Assembly: GCA_002269645.1 (NCBI GenBank)
Contig: NIVC01004469.1
Coordinates: 1 to 44,860 of the forward strand
DNA from: Macrostomum lignano
Taxonomy: Eukaryota
Length of the DNA stretch: 44,860 bases
Direction of reading: 5' to 3'
The first letter of the stretch is position 1, and each line of letters begins with the position of its first letter. Of the stretch, positions 12,660 through 25,312 are shown in pieces. The notes below the pieces were generated by a model. The model was not told the DNA's origin and did no database searches. It saw only the letters and a list, made by a program, of their open reading frames with translations. A program made the translations under genes and the position numbers.

Positions 12660-15062
12660 GATAAATAAAGCAAGTATTCCCCATACTCAGGATCATGTCA
12701 TGTATGCCAGAAATTTCCAGTGCACATTCGAGACAGCTGGCATACACTTGGCGCACAAAGTTTTTGAAAGGGTCTTCTGGCGTACACCTTGGCATATATA
12801 CAATTGGTGCACCCTGCATGGCACACACACATGGCACACATGAGGAGGCTACACCATGGCTACTGCAAAAGACAAAATCAAAGAACAAGCGTGAAATTTT
12901 GTACAAAGTTTAACAATGATTTTGCAAATATATTATAATGACAATTGACAACCATTGATTCATTTAAAATATTCTCTAAATTGTGTTTTTTTCTTCTTTT
13001 TCTTCTTTATTTATGAAATTAAAAACATAAATCTTCAAATGTTCAATTTATAATCTTTACTTACAATTATACAAAACGTTACAACTTACAATATATCGTG
13101 ATTTTGTGTATATCGCACATTTTTTACATTAGGATTAGGACTGGCGCACCTAGCACACTTGTGCATTTTGCCTGGCATACCTGGCGCACACCAAAAATGT
13201 TTTTGGGGTGGCTTCCAGCATACACATAGCATGATCCTGACTATGGAATATTCCCCAATATAAAAATATCTATTTAATCAAAAGGCACTTTTTTATTTAA
13301 AATGAAATAAGACTCAAGCTAAAATTGTCAATATAACTTGTTATTAAAATTTAAAGGACAATATATGATCAAATTCTTAAATCCCCTTTCCCAATATTTA
13401 TAAAACACAAATAAATCATCTTATTTAAAGGCCTAAGCAATATACCTAACATCCTAACCAATAAAATAAAGTTAAAATTAGTTAAAACTATTTTGGGTTA
13501 AAACATTTGTAATATTTTGTATAGCTAAGGACAAATAACTGGCAATTTCCTAGATTTGCACATTTGATTATTTTTTGTTTGAAATTGCGCATTTAAATTG
13601 GCATGTAGTCTATGGTCCTCATAGTCTATAGTCTATAGAATAAAGGTCTGAGGATAATAAGAGTGAAAGCAATGGCAAAGGGAAGGGATTATTAGCTGCG
13701 AATATCGAAGCTGCGAATATCGAAACTCAAAACATGGCCAGTAGACCTCCAGTGCCTACAACAATTGTGCTGCCTACAACTATTGGGTGCAACACTACTA
13801 CAGCATTTAATACCCCTTAATACCATTTAAGAAACAAACTATTGACATTACAAAAAATTTTTTTATATTTAACTACTAGTTCTTAATTTGTTCTGTTGCC
13901 CATTTGTTTTTGCATTATGTAAATGCGCAATTTCAAATGGAAAATAATTAAATGTGTGAATCTAGGAAATTGCCCAAATAACCAATTATATAATACAATA
14001 AATAACTTTTTTCATTTTTATTGACCTAGTATATATAAAAATAGCATTTGACAAAATAGTTACATTAAAAAATAAATCACAATATTTCTTTGCCATTAGG
14101 CTATGATGTAGAACAAAAACCAATCTGGCAATGTTGCAGTTTGTTTTGCATAATTATTTTTACTTTTGAATATGCGCCAACAAGAGTAAACAAGACAAAG
14201 TTATGTCGCGAGTCTTATCATACATTTAGTGCAAAGGGAATGTGCCATCCATCAGATTCAGTAGCTTGGCAGCAGGTACAACCCACAGTCAGGAAGGTGG
14301 TAAATTCCACGCAAAATTGCAGTGCACACAAAGGAATTTTCTGGCGCACACGGCACACAGTGAGAGCAAAAAAATTTTTTTGTGTGCTGTCTGGCACACA
14401 CGGCGCACAATGAGAGCAGAAAAAATGTGTGCCATCTGGTATATATACACACATGACTCTTGGCGCTGTTGCATTTGGCACACAGTCTATACATCTACAC
14501 AGTAAAATCTTAGTTCACATGTAAAGTGTATTGTTTATATACAAATTATACAATCAATATTATGACAATCATTATTTTATTAACGTAAATGAAAAATTCA
14601 AAAATACATAAAATTTAAATTTCAAAATATGATTCTTATTTTTACGATTAATACAACTACTAGGCCTAATACAAGGCGCATTTCTTTTTTCTTGGTGCAC
14701 ATGCTGTTTTTACTTGGCGCATGGTGCACAATAAAAAAATTTTCTGTTGAGGCGCACATGGCGTACCTTCCTGACCATAGGGTACAACCTCAGCAGTTGT
14801 GGGATTATAAATTGTTGTGCAGCTGGATGTCTTGCCATGACTTGCAAAATATTGTATATCTTAAGCAATTCTAGATTGGGAAATATTGAGCAGTGTAAAA
14901 GATTGCTGCCTTCATCCCTCACTAAAACTTGCCTAAAAGTGTCTATGGCCTTTTAGGATAATGTGGCATGACAAGTCAGCACAAATTTAAACCCTCCATG
15001 ACATGTTGGCATGTATTCAAAAGTAAAAATAATTATGCAAAACAAACTGCAACATTGCCACC
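12660..15062. repeat. AT-rich region with three successive imperfect inverted-repeat pairs (foldback/MITE-like)
   Basis: Arm pairs seen at 12674-12697/13230-13251, 13541-13595/13920-13974 and 14126-14182/15004-15060. Confidence 0.7.
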
Positions 15063-15282
15063 AATTCATTATATAGAATTATTTGATTTTTGGTATGAAC
15101 AATGACTCAAATTAGAACTATTTGAATAAAATATAAATTAAAAATCAATATACACTTTGACATACAGATGGGCAATAAGTAGTCCTTGAGTATACAATTG
15201 ACAGGCACCAGAAAAGCTATAATCCAACCAAAAATTGTGAATGCGAATTATAAAAAATAGTAACATTTTAAGCAAGGCCTAC

Positions 15283-15377
15283 CTTGGAACAACTGATGGT
15301 GACGACTTCTCATTGTCCCAAAATGCTGAGATCCTGTCGCAATATGGCTTTTTTGCATTAGTGCTAGTCGAAGTCAT
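15283..15377 (-). CDS. PACS: PACS-like first coding exon (MTSTSTNAKKPYCDRISAFWDNEKSSPSVVP-R)
   Basis: ATG at 15377 and donor AG|gtaggc in phase 2, completing an Arg codon with exon 2. FWDNEKSSPSVVPRLL resembles PACS ATWEVDRSSPSCVPRL. It is not in the ORF track. Confidence 0.85.
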
Positions 15378-16285
15378 CGTGGAAAAATTAATGCTTTTGG
15401 TTTAAAATTTGCTCTCTAACTGGTTAGTGCCTCATTAAATAATTAATCAGAATATAAATTAATAATTTCGACCACTGCCCAGCACAAGGCGAGATATTAT
15501 CTCAGCAACAAAGCGTGTACTTAAAGAGAAGCAATAATGTGCATGTATATGTATGAGAAAATAAATAAATAAATAAAATTTATGTTTAAATGTTCAAAAC
15601 AATGCCATTAGGCATAAACTGATATAGTGAAAAACGATGCTTTAACGTATCGTCGACTTTCATGACCCGAAGTCCTGTCTAAAGTTTCTTAGAAAACTAT
15701 TATTAAAAAAAACAGAATCACGTGGGTGGTCAGAAATACTAACTAATAAGGATAGTTTTTGTCAACATGAAAAAATAAAACCTTTAAAAAAATATTTTTC
15801 ACACAAATGCAATTTTCATTACCTTGTCTGCTGTTATTACCGAAGTATTTGTTATGATAAACAAGCCCGTTACGCGCACGTGTTTTAATCGCCCGGAGTT
15901 TTATTTTACGGATTTTACGGAGTAAGTTCTAATCCCAGGCTCGATCGCTAACGTTCTTCAAACCAGGTAAAGCACACCATTATGTACAATATGCACGTGT
16001 ACTTGTACTTGTGGAATTCAAAAAGTTGTAAGTTTTGGAAGACAATTATAATGCTGCAAGCAAAAACGATCCAAAAAATTACTCTGATTTTGCTCTGAAA
16101 AGAAGATTTTGCCAGCTAATTTTAGTTAAAAGTACGTATAATGGACCGCCTGATATCGGACTAATATAGCTGCAGCAGTATGACACACACGTATAGGCCA
16201 AATATTGCATTCCGAAGTCTATGCACCAGCCGCGGGCTCACAGAGGAATATTCTGGCTAAAAAGTAAGAAGTACAGCGGCCTTAA

Positions 16286-16420
16286 TTTTATTTATCGTTA
16301 GGCATTTATTGCACGAGCAGATACAAGCCGAGTTTCCAATTACTCGTAATTTGCACCAAATTTGAATCGAGCCTGGGCCACTGGTATATCAGAGCGCCAC
16401 GCTAGATCACTAATCTATAA
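16286..16420 (-). mobile_element. tRNA-derived SINE-like element, copy 2
   Basis: Shares tttatttatcgttaggcat, ttgcacgagcaga..caagccgag.ttccaatt and gaatcgagcctg.gcc.ctggta.atcagagc.ccacgctaga.cactaa with copy 1. Confidence 0.6.
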
Positions 16421-17713
16421 CCAGGGACTAACTCTTTATCTATCAAGGCATCGCTCATCAGTATTGCATCTGTTCAGTCCAGACCGCGGATACTACTATT
16501 AGTAAGTGCGCAGCGCGTCGTAATTTATTTTTCAAGTAAATTTAAGTAAGTCAGCTGCTTCAAAGTCCATATAGGTTTAATTCCAGGCTCAATCAAATCG
16601 ATTTGGGGGCCGCCCACAGAAACGCGCCTTTAACTGATGAATGCTTTTTAAATCTCAAACTTCATGGCATAGTTTAAGCGCATACTGACGGACAATGAGA
16701 CACCCATACGACTAACAGAGGATAGACTTAGAAGCTACAGATCGAATAATCGATGTAATATATAATCCACTGTGATAAACTAGCTCATTTAGTAGCGATT
16801 GGACAAAACAGTTGTTTAAAATTGAACCATCTTTACCACTGTGCAAAGATGCGTGATTCGGCATAATCAGTTTGATTATAAAACTGTAGATTAATACGCA
16901 GGTAAAGAAAAGCCTGATAAGAGAAAGTTTACCTTTATTGCTTGTAGAGCTTTAAGACTCCAAGAAATTCTACTGCTTCGTCAAATACTTGCTTTCTGAA
17001 AACCTTCAAACAGGCATTTTTTACATAGATTGTACTCCCCAAGACAATTATCATGAACGGAGCATTGGTAAGGGGAATAAATTTGCAATAAAATCGGATA
17101 AACGCACGCACTGATGCTTTAGGAGTTGAAATTACCGACAAAATTAGTTTGAATTTTCAAACTATCGACGAGAAATTTAACTTAAACAGCAAGATAAAAA
17201 GCATTGGCTATAGACGAAATAGCATTGAAGTGTATGGTAGTGAGAAAATTTTGCATAGCTTAAAATTACGAGTAAATAAACATTATTCATATTGAATCAT
17301 CAAGTTACAAACAGGTTGTAGCTCGTAACTCATCGACGAGCGTTCTATGTTGGTAACTATAAGCTAAGCGAGATATTGGAGCATGCAGCGATAAAATTCA
17401 TTTAATAAGCTGAACATTTGGAATAAGAGAAAACTACAATGTACGTCGTATTTACTGGTACGAACTGGAATGCTTTAGGTCAGTCTGTCTTCGAATCTAT
17501 ACTTGTATAGGATCATTGTCGGTGCCCTGTTTGGTGAACTGAAGGACCAAATTAGCCTCTTCGTCGGTTGATGAAGCACCGGAATGACAAATTAATCCGA
17601 TACTAAGTCGTGCGAGCTCGCACTTGAATTAGCGGCAGTCGATGTCTTCCACCAAAATCAACGGCTTCAGAGTTTTCGCCGCGTCGGTGACCCTGCAGGC
17701 ACCAGCTAGCAAG

Positions 17714-19453
17714 TCACAGCAGCAGTTCCAGCAGTTCGACGATCCAGACTAGCGTAAGCCCCAGCCACATCGATAGCAACCCACCAATTTGGCTGAGCGT
17801 CGAGGCCAGAGTTCGTACTGGCTTGTCTCGCATTTGAACCACCGTGAAGTCTCGACGAGAGATCTTGAGCGTCAGAAAGCTTCGAGACACCAGACCGTGT
17901 TGCTTAACAAGCTCAGTTGCTTTAAGATTGTTGCCTGAAACAATCTGTTTTGCTACTTGGAGATAAATTTGTTTGATTAGATTCTCTTCCATCTCAGCTT
18001 GATTGACCTTAGTTCCACCCGAATAATTGACAGCTGGTATTGTAGCGTTCCATTTCAGACCGGATTCGCGCCACAGCTCACTCTGAAACAGATGCAGCTG
18101 CATGGACTCGCGCGGCCATCGAGCTTGAGTTGTCCAAGTGTCGAATGTCAGCGAGCTACAAGGCTGGGGACAAGCTATGCCATCATCAGTATCAAAGAGT
18201 CCCAATAGGCCCCACCGACTTCTCAGAGCGGCATGAGCCAAGCCTTCAGGCGTAAAATGGTTGACATCGCCGTCCTGAAGGCGCTCACAGAATGCTGACG
18301 CGTTGGCCACGGAGTGAGGCAGAAATGCAAAAGTGCAACCACAGTGCCTCTCAATGTTGGCCTGTTGACGCGCTCTCTTGCACGCATCGCGGCTGTATCC
18401 GAAACTGTGACCAAGCAGACTTATGTGACTCGGAATCTCGTCTTGGCAACGTCCGTAGGGCGGTTTTAGCCTTGTCCAATTACTAGTGCTGAAACGGACT
18501 TCAGTCAGGGTGCCCGGGTAGACATTGAAACCTTCCTTGGAGATGTCGGGGAAGGTACCATTTTCGTGCAGGACCACTCGGGCCCCGGTGATCTGCGTGT
18601 TCGCGTCCATTGTGATGCAGTCGTCGCATGGCAGCCCGAGGTCGTGTCCCAAAAATAGGCGCATCTCCATCTCAACTACGGGGTCAAGAATTTCCGAGCG
18701 CAGCGCGAACGCGTAACAGTTGAGCCGGTTCTGATCGTGCACTAGTCGCCAAAAGCCGAGCGATTCGCAGGATGGACTGGACACGGGAGGTTCTCTCGAC
18801 GGGTCCAGACTACGAACCAGCAGGTAGCAGCTGCGAATCAGATGGTCCTTAGAGAAGCCCAGGTTCGAAGGCGAATGCCCGTGCGGCAGATTGGCAAAGT
18901 AGCCATTGAGAGAAAACAGTCCAGGCAAGTAAGTTGCAACCAAACGACTTTTTTCCGACGAAAGGTTCAGGCGCTGAACACTGAATCGCGATTGCAGTAC
19001 AGCGTTCCAGAACTTTCTCGGCGGTCGCCAACCGTTCTTATAGATGCGCTTCCGACCCTGAACTGACAGTGGAATCTGGTTGCACACCGTGATGGAAGGA
19101 AAGGCGGCGTCTGGACGCTCGGAGAACACAGGCATCTGGACAACGTCGTAGGCAAAGTAAAGCGAGACTATTTGGTAGAGATTCACTGAACAAGCTATTA
19201 CAAGAGCGGTAACGCAGAATAGCCAAAGACAGCGTAACAGTCTTGAATCTGCTGACACAATTCTTGGTATTCCGCGAAGGCTCGTGTTCCGACAGAATCG
19301 CAAGAGAATCTCCTTGGCCTCCTCATTTTTCGTCTTCTCGTTTGTCGGGTCCAATTTAGACGTCGCTTCGTCTTCTCTGTTTTGATAGCTGACATTGGTT
19401 TTAATCTTGCTATCGAGTTCGCTGTTAAAAGACGCTTCCGGAGCAGAAGACAT
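17714..19453 (-). CDS. DEG/ENaC (amiloride-sensitive/ASIC superfamily) sodium channel subunit, intronless, 579 aa
   Basis: FCRNTSLRGIPRI before TM1, FPSITVCN after TM1, Cys-rich thumb (YSRDAC..HCGC..CPQPC) and TM2 LSQIGGLLSMWLGLTLVWIVELLE. Confidence 0.95.
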   Translation of the reverse strand: MSSAPEASFNSELDSKIKTNVSYQNREDEATSKLDPTNEKTKNEEAKEILLRFCRNTSLRGIPRIVSADSRLLRCLWLFCVTALVIACSVNLYQIVSLYFAYDVVQMPVFSERPDAAFPSITVCNQIPLSVQGRKRIYKNGWRPPRKFWNAVLQSRFSVQRLNLSSEKSRLVATYLPGLFSLNGYFANLPHGHSPSNLGFSKDHLIRSCYLLVRSLDPSREPPVSSPSCESLGFWRLVHDQNRLNCYAFALRSEILDPVVEMEMRLFLGHDLGLPCDDCITMDANTQITGARVVLHENGTFPDISKEGFNVYPGTLTEVRFSTSNWTRLKPPYGRCQDEIPSHISLLGHSFGYSRDACKRARQQANIERHCGCTFAFLPHSVANASAFCERLQDGDVNHFTPEGLAHAALRSRWGLLGLFDTDDGIACPQPCSSLTFDTWTTQARWPRESMQLHLFQSELWRESGLKWNATIPAVNYSGGTKVNQAEMEENLIKQIYLQVAKQIVSGNNLKATELVKQHGLVSRSFLTLKISRRDFTVVQMRDKPVRTLASTLSQIGGLLSMWLGLTLVWIVELLELLL

Positions 19454-21966
19454 CGCTTTAGTTGAACACTTCAGAACTTTTAGACTTAAAATACAGACTT
19501 TTCATTTGTATCGTCAAGTTATATCGTGTAGCAGACTGTTGAGCATTTTATTCACACCTTCTTTTCTTTCTAGATGCGGGAGCGACGGCGTGACAATTTA
19601 AAAACCCTGCATGAGAGCTCCCAATCAGGGGGAATCCCATTGGTTCTTGAAATTTCATCTGCTGAGCTGCTGCTGCCTCGCAACCTCCCGCATTCTCCAG
19701 TCCAATGCATTTCATCCCATCCCCTCACAAAATGCATTCAACCCATGCCAGTAAACGCTTCCTTCTCACGCGTCAGTCCAAAATTAATGAGTATTCAATC
19801 AAAGGCAAACAACAGAATAGAGATTATATTGCAAGCTCAGAAGTCCGACTATCTGGTGCACTGCATGCAGCATTGTCAGCCCTTCAACTCTAGGGAGAGG
19901 AGACAAGAGCATTTTTCCAAGCCAGTCTTTTGTTTGGTTGTGTAACAGGTAACATTAGTAGAAATTCAGATTGTCAAGAGCATAATATAGAAATCTTGAG
20001 TGAGTCTTAGAAGACTGGTAAAGAAAATTACTGATAAAACTAAACGGCAGGGAGAAACTTGGCGACATGGACTTCTGGGAGTTATTATTTGCACAGAAAT
20101 CTTGCTCCATGATCATGCTAAGATATATTGAATGCAGTCCAGCCTAAGACGCGATAACTCACTTAGCCTTGCTTGCTTAAGTCTGTCCCTCTCATAGGCA
20201 CGACAATATATTTTACCACCTGAACGCATCTCATTTTCCTTTTCCCTTTTCTCCCTCGTCTCGCTTGAGTGTACTCGTCAAACAAACAGACTTGATTTTG
20301 GTTTGCACTGAGGGGAACCTTCTGGCAGAAAGTCTGTTGATTTCAAAGCTGTAAAATATTCTGAAACTAAGTTAAGCGTCACGTTGTGGTAGTAGTTGAA
20401 CCTCATGAGTAAGGGGATCCCCAGATCAGTATGTTCGTAGCCTCGTACCCCAGAAAGTAGCAAAGAATTGTGTTTGAGCTTTTATGAACTATATAGACAG
20501 TTAAAACTGATAGCTGTTGAACTGCCAAGACAATGGACATTTTACCAATGCCTTGTAAGTTGATGATAAACAAATTTTCTTCTTCGCTAAAAGAGAGAGA
20601 AAGGCAGATTTTCTGACAAACCAATTGTAACAAAGTAATTATATTAAATACTTTACAGAGAGGCAAATTTTTAGTGATTACAAAGCCTGAGAAAGAGATT
20701 CTGAGCTTATGCCTAACTTAGCTTCAAAGCAAATGCCGTCTGTCCATGGGTGACTCGAACTGCTTTGATTAAATTTGAACTACTTTAAGGTGCTTCTATG
20801 TATAATTATTAGTTGAAGATGACTCCAAACTAGTTCAATGCGACAATACTTGATGGTGACTGGCCCTTTGTGCGACTGTGCTATCGAAGTGTATCTTTAA
20901 CTGTCGAGGTTGCTTCTACCAGAAGAAAATAATTTGAAGAAACCTAGCTATTATACGTAGGTAAAACAGCATACCAGGAGAAGACAATGCAATAATCCTA
21001 AGCGAAAAAAACTCCTGTATTCCTGTGTTTTTTTGGCGCGCAGGTACTCATTTTGGAGCCCTAAAGCAAGATTATTGTTTTCTATAAAAAAGCATTGGCC
21101 TGTCCTCTCACAGCTTTTACTGAGGGGGGACACATATCCTTCCTGTTCCCCGATGGCGAAGGCCCCTGCAGTAATCTATGCATGCATTTAGAATTTCAAT
21201 ATTGCTATTTGAATGGCTACTGCTCCATAAAAGCAAAGCCCGAGGTCAATGGATAAAGCTCTGTCATATTCTACCTTGCATAGTCTATCGAACCCAGAGA
21301 AGCACAGCAACCCTTTAAATGCATTCCTGTGTATCCATGTTCGCATCTTATATTGTTCTGTTTACCCCTTGCCACTGTGTTGGTGGTAAACTCGTTTAAA
21401 CTGCGGGTTGAGGTGGCTGGCTTGGCTGGGGTGGGTCAGTGGGATGCATGCAGGCCCAGGGTCGGTGTACTGGGGGCTGCTCAAGCGCGGGTGTTATTTA
21501 TTTAGTCTTGTCTCCGCCTGTGAGTCTTTGGTTTGCTCAGATTCGCAACAATAAATTCGTCTGCAAATTTTGGTTCGCGCAGAGGTTTGGTTTCGTGCCA
21601 CCACTGTCTTGCCATTTTTTCCTTTCCCTGCGGTTTGATGATTTTCTGCTGCGAATTTTCGTCTCTCGCGGAGATATTCGAATAGACCCTATATTTTAGA
21701 AAGCTAGCTAGACTCAGTAGCGTGCATGATGAGGGTAGAAACGCACAGTCATATTGCCGCGTGTTGAACAACAGGCCAGAGAAAATGTGCAGCAGCCTCT
21801 TTGCACAGGGTCTGTTTTCCTGCTTTTCTATAGGTCTCAGATTGTTCTTGAGAACAATAGCTCTAGGAGTTCAAATAAAACGCCTTCTATTCAAAAGCAG
21901 GAAAAGCAGTAGTCGAACATTCCTTTTTGGCGGAGAACTTTTGCAGAGAAAAAGCCAATGTGAACA

Positions 21967-22774
21967 ATGCTGCCGATTTTGATTCTGATTGTTTTTCTGG
22001 CCGGAAGCAGTGAAGCTGCTGACACGGAGGTGAAGTCGGTGGAGTACTGCATCGTGGGCGCTGGTCCAGCCGGGCTGCAGCTGGCGTACTTCATGCAACG
22101 CGCCAAGAGGGACTACGTTGTGATCGAGAGGGCAAGCATCGCCGGCTCGTTCTTCACGGTGTACCCGCGCCACGGCAAGCTGATTAGCATCAACAAGCGC
22201 TGGACTGACTCCTCTAACACCGAGTACACTCTGCGGCACGACTGGAACAGCCTTATTAGCGACGATCCGAGTCTCCAGCTGCGGCACTACAGCAACATCA
22301 TGTTTCCACAGAAGGAAGTGCTCGTTAAGTACTTGAACGATTATAAAACCAAATTAGGCCTCAAAGTCGACTTCAACACCCCCGTGGCTTCCGTCGAGAA
22401 GCTCGCCAGAGAGAATTTTCGCTTGAACACTACCGGTGCCAGGAACTACTCTTGCAAAGTGGTTGTCATGGCAACCGGTTTACCAAACCTACGAAAGCCG
22501 GACTTTGTGGGAGCTGAGCACACCGTCGGCTACGACAAGGTGTCCGTGAACGCGTCCGACTTTGAAGGCAAACGGGTGCTGATAATTGGTAAGGGCAACT
22601 CGGCATTCGAGACTGCTCAACACATTTACGGCAACACTCGGTTCCTGCACATGGCTGGAAGGCATGCCGTCAGGTTCGCCTGGAGCACGCACTACGTTGG
22701 AGACGTCCGAGCTGTCAACAACGAGCTGCTGGACACTTATCAGCTGAAGTCGTTGGATGGCATGTTTGAGAGCG
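21967..22774 (+). CDS. FOXRED2: FAD-dependent oxidoreductase domain-containing protein 2, exon 1
   Basis: Signal peptide; GAGPAGLQLAYF, YPRHGKLISINKR, LRHDWNSL, IIGKGNSAFE and THYVGDVRAVNNELLDTYQLKSLDG. Donor AGCG|gtgagt. Confidence 0.93.
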
Positions 22775-23593
22775 GTGAGTTGCGCAAATCAGCTAACTTA
22801 TACAAATCGTAAATTTGTTTTTGGATGGCAAAAAACCGAAGAATTCGTGCATGCATTCCTTAAACATTTCTAAGAATATGCTATAAAGTACAGGTTTGAG
22901 GTTGCAGTCATGCGGGAGAGGCAGAAAACTCCAAGATTCCAGTGCTACCTGGCATTTCAATATTTACCTAACCATCCAGAATTTGCTTAACGCTTCAGAC
23001 TCTCCAGAATATAAATAAGAATTTTTAAGCCGTTCCGCATCGCCAACAGTCGGTTCGGGAGAAAAAATCCTCATCGTTGAAGAGACACTTTTACTGAGGC
23101 TTGGCTATTTGCTTAGGTCACAGGTATTCTACAAGACTAAGCAGTAGAATTTTTATCAATCGCTTTTTTGATTAAAAAAACTTTGCTTATATAGTTTTTT
23201 TCATATCTTACACTCGTTATGTCATTTATCAAATAATTTTATATTCGCAAATGGCACTCATTCTAAAGCCGGTGCGGAAATAATGCAGTAATTTTATTAA
23301 AGTACTCGTTGTTGCAAATTGGCAAATCATATTCTTCTTCAGAACCTATGAGTATGAATTCTTGACAATTACAGATTCATTTTTAATTTCAAGATGTCAC
23401 TTTCAAAGAATATTATTCACGTTATTCATTCCTAATATTACTATTGCCTTGACTTACCTGACGACAAGCGCCTAGCAAGACACATCTGAATAAAAAACTC
23501 AACAGGTTCTCTTATAGCTAGTTGATCGCCGATAAGCTTCATCGCGGGTGGTTGTTGAAAATCTATAGGCAAGCTTGCTCCAAAATCATCCAG

Positions 23594-24080
23594 AATCCAT
23601 AGGAATCTCCCGACGTTCAACTGGCGAGTTCTGTCTTCAACCGCCGGAGGGCAACCCTAGTGACGGTCTGGAGACCCGGATCAAGGAGCAGCAGTATTGC
23701 TACGACAATATCATTCGAGCCACCGGCTTCACCTGGGATGCTGACGTCACGGCGCCCCTGGGTCAGACGTCGACCCACCGGAAAAAGTACCCGCGCATCT
23801 CCCACCAGTTCGAATCGTCCGATGTGCCCGGGATTTTCTACGCCGGCACGATGACGCACGGCTTGGACTTTCGCGAGGCTGCCGGCGGTTTTATTCACGG
23901 ATTTCGCTACACGGCTCGAGCGTTGCATCGCTACTTGGAGAATCGTCGTCATGGAAACAAATGGCCGGGAACGCGGAGACCATTGATGGGTTTGATTGAC
24001 GCACTAGTGAAACGAATCAACGAAGGCTCTGGTACCTACCAGATGTTTTCCTTTCTCAGCGATATTGTTCTGGTGGACAA
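23594..24080 (+). CDS. FOXRED2: FOXRED2 exon 2 (acceptor ambiguous, 23594 or 23603)
   Basis: YDNIIRATGF, KKYPRI, AAGGFIHGFRYTARALHR and RINEGSGTYQMF. Donor AA|gtgagt. Confidence 0.88.
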
Positions 24081-24536
24081 GTGAGTTTAAATGCTTTAAT
24101 TATTACTATCAGTAGCGGAAGCCTCACCATAGCTTCTATGGTAGTATTGAAAAGGAGCGCACTGCTCGAGCCCCCTAAAAAGGTTGGCGAAACCGCATGT
24201 CACCTTCTGGCTTCAATAAAGTTTCGCGCGATTTACACCTATAGGATCGCGGTATCGCTGTACATCCTGCATACGACACCATTAAATCAGGTCATTTTTT
24301 TCAATACCACCCCCCCTTAGCAGAATTTTATCCGCGGGGTCTAAACAGAAATACTTTTTAGTTCTAATTTTATTGCTCGTTGGATCCTTACACTTTTGGA
24401 ATAGGATGGGAAGAGGAAAAGACAGGAGGTGCAGCTTCTGGAGAGAGGATCGGAAATACCCTGGCCCAGCGACCGCCCCGATGAGTAGACTAAACATCTG
24501 TTTTTTGCACTAAATTTATCAACTTTTTTAAAACAG

Positions 24537-24784
24537 AGACCGAACGAGTTTCACCCTGCTAGAGGAAGTTCCATCGCACACGCTTCACATTCTGCCACGC
24601 ATCACTGGGCATCCAGTCGACGAGGGCACCGACGTGATCGTGTTCCAGTTCGAGTACGGAAAGAATTTCTCAGGCGCCAGAGCTGACACGTTTCACGAGA
24701 GACGTGCCGGCTGCGATATCGCTTTTGGCTACGAGTGCAACTTCTTGCACCCGGTGCTGTATCACTACAAGCGGCTGCCTAACA
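24537..24784 (+). CDS. FOXRED2: FOXRED2 exon 3 (not in the ORF track)
   Basis: Acceptor ttttaaaacag|A. Reads DRTSFTLLEEVP..FEYGKNFSG..NFLHPVLYHYKRLPN. Donor A|gtgagc. Phases fit both neighbouring exons. Confidence 0.9.
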
Positions 24785-24909
24785 GTGAGCCGCTTCTCTG
24801 CTGACAGTAGTTATTGCAGAGTTCGAACCATGGGTGTATAATAGAGTGCAAGCAACAGGTGCATAAGGATAAGTGGAGGAGAGGGTGAGAAAGAGCTTGG
24901 TTGAAAAGG

Positions 24910-24959
24910 AAAGCCTGAGAGTCTGAAGACAGTCTGAAAGGAGAGTCTGAGAAGGACAG
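24910..24959. repeat. 14-bp minisatellite (GGACAGTCTGAGAA), left part
   Basis: The same repeat resumes at 33823, so it is the retrotransposon target. Confidence 0.75.
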
Positions 24960-25188
24960 TGTTAGTCTAGGAAAACTGAGTCAAGTCATGTTTGCAAGCG
25001 AAGGAGAATACCATTGAAAGATCTCTACCGAAGTGACGAAAGGTATTTATTTGACTACATAACACGAAACCACGTACATTGGTAGACAAACGCCATCCGA
25101 TTGGCTGGGGGTTAAAACCATGCACACTGGCAAGCACAAATGTACACAGGTAGGGGTAAAACGATAGCGCGCAAGAATTATCAGTCAC

Positions 25189-25222
<34 letters not shown>

Positions 25223-25260
25223 AGTGAAACAACATGAAAAACCAAAGTACAACCCCAACA
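24960..25260 (-). repeat. 3' LTR (301 bp, (GA)15)
   Basis: TGTTAGTC...CCCCAACA. The PPT-like TTTTGGGGGAAGCAG abuts it on the minus strand, and it contains AATAAA on the minus strand. Confidence 0.95.
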
Positions 25261-25312
25261 CTGCTTCCCCCAAAAGCAGCAAAACAAAAACAAAAGAAAC
25301 CAAGACCTGTCC

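Noticed and set aside
12655-12906. SSCVP in this ORF as PACS exon 1
   Set aside because: The splice phase does not join exon 2 and it lies within the palindromic repeat. The exon at 15283-15377 fits in both phase and motif.
19574-21982. Several 60-120 aa ORFs between the channel gene and FOXRED2
   Set aside because: No family motifs. This is most simply a divergent intergenic/promoter region with decayed repeats.
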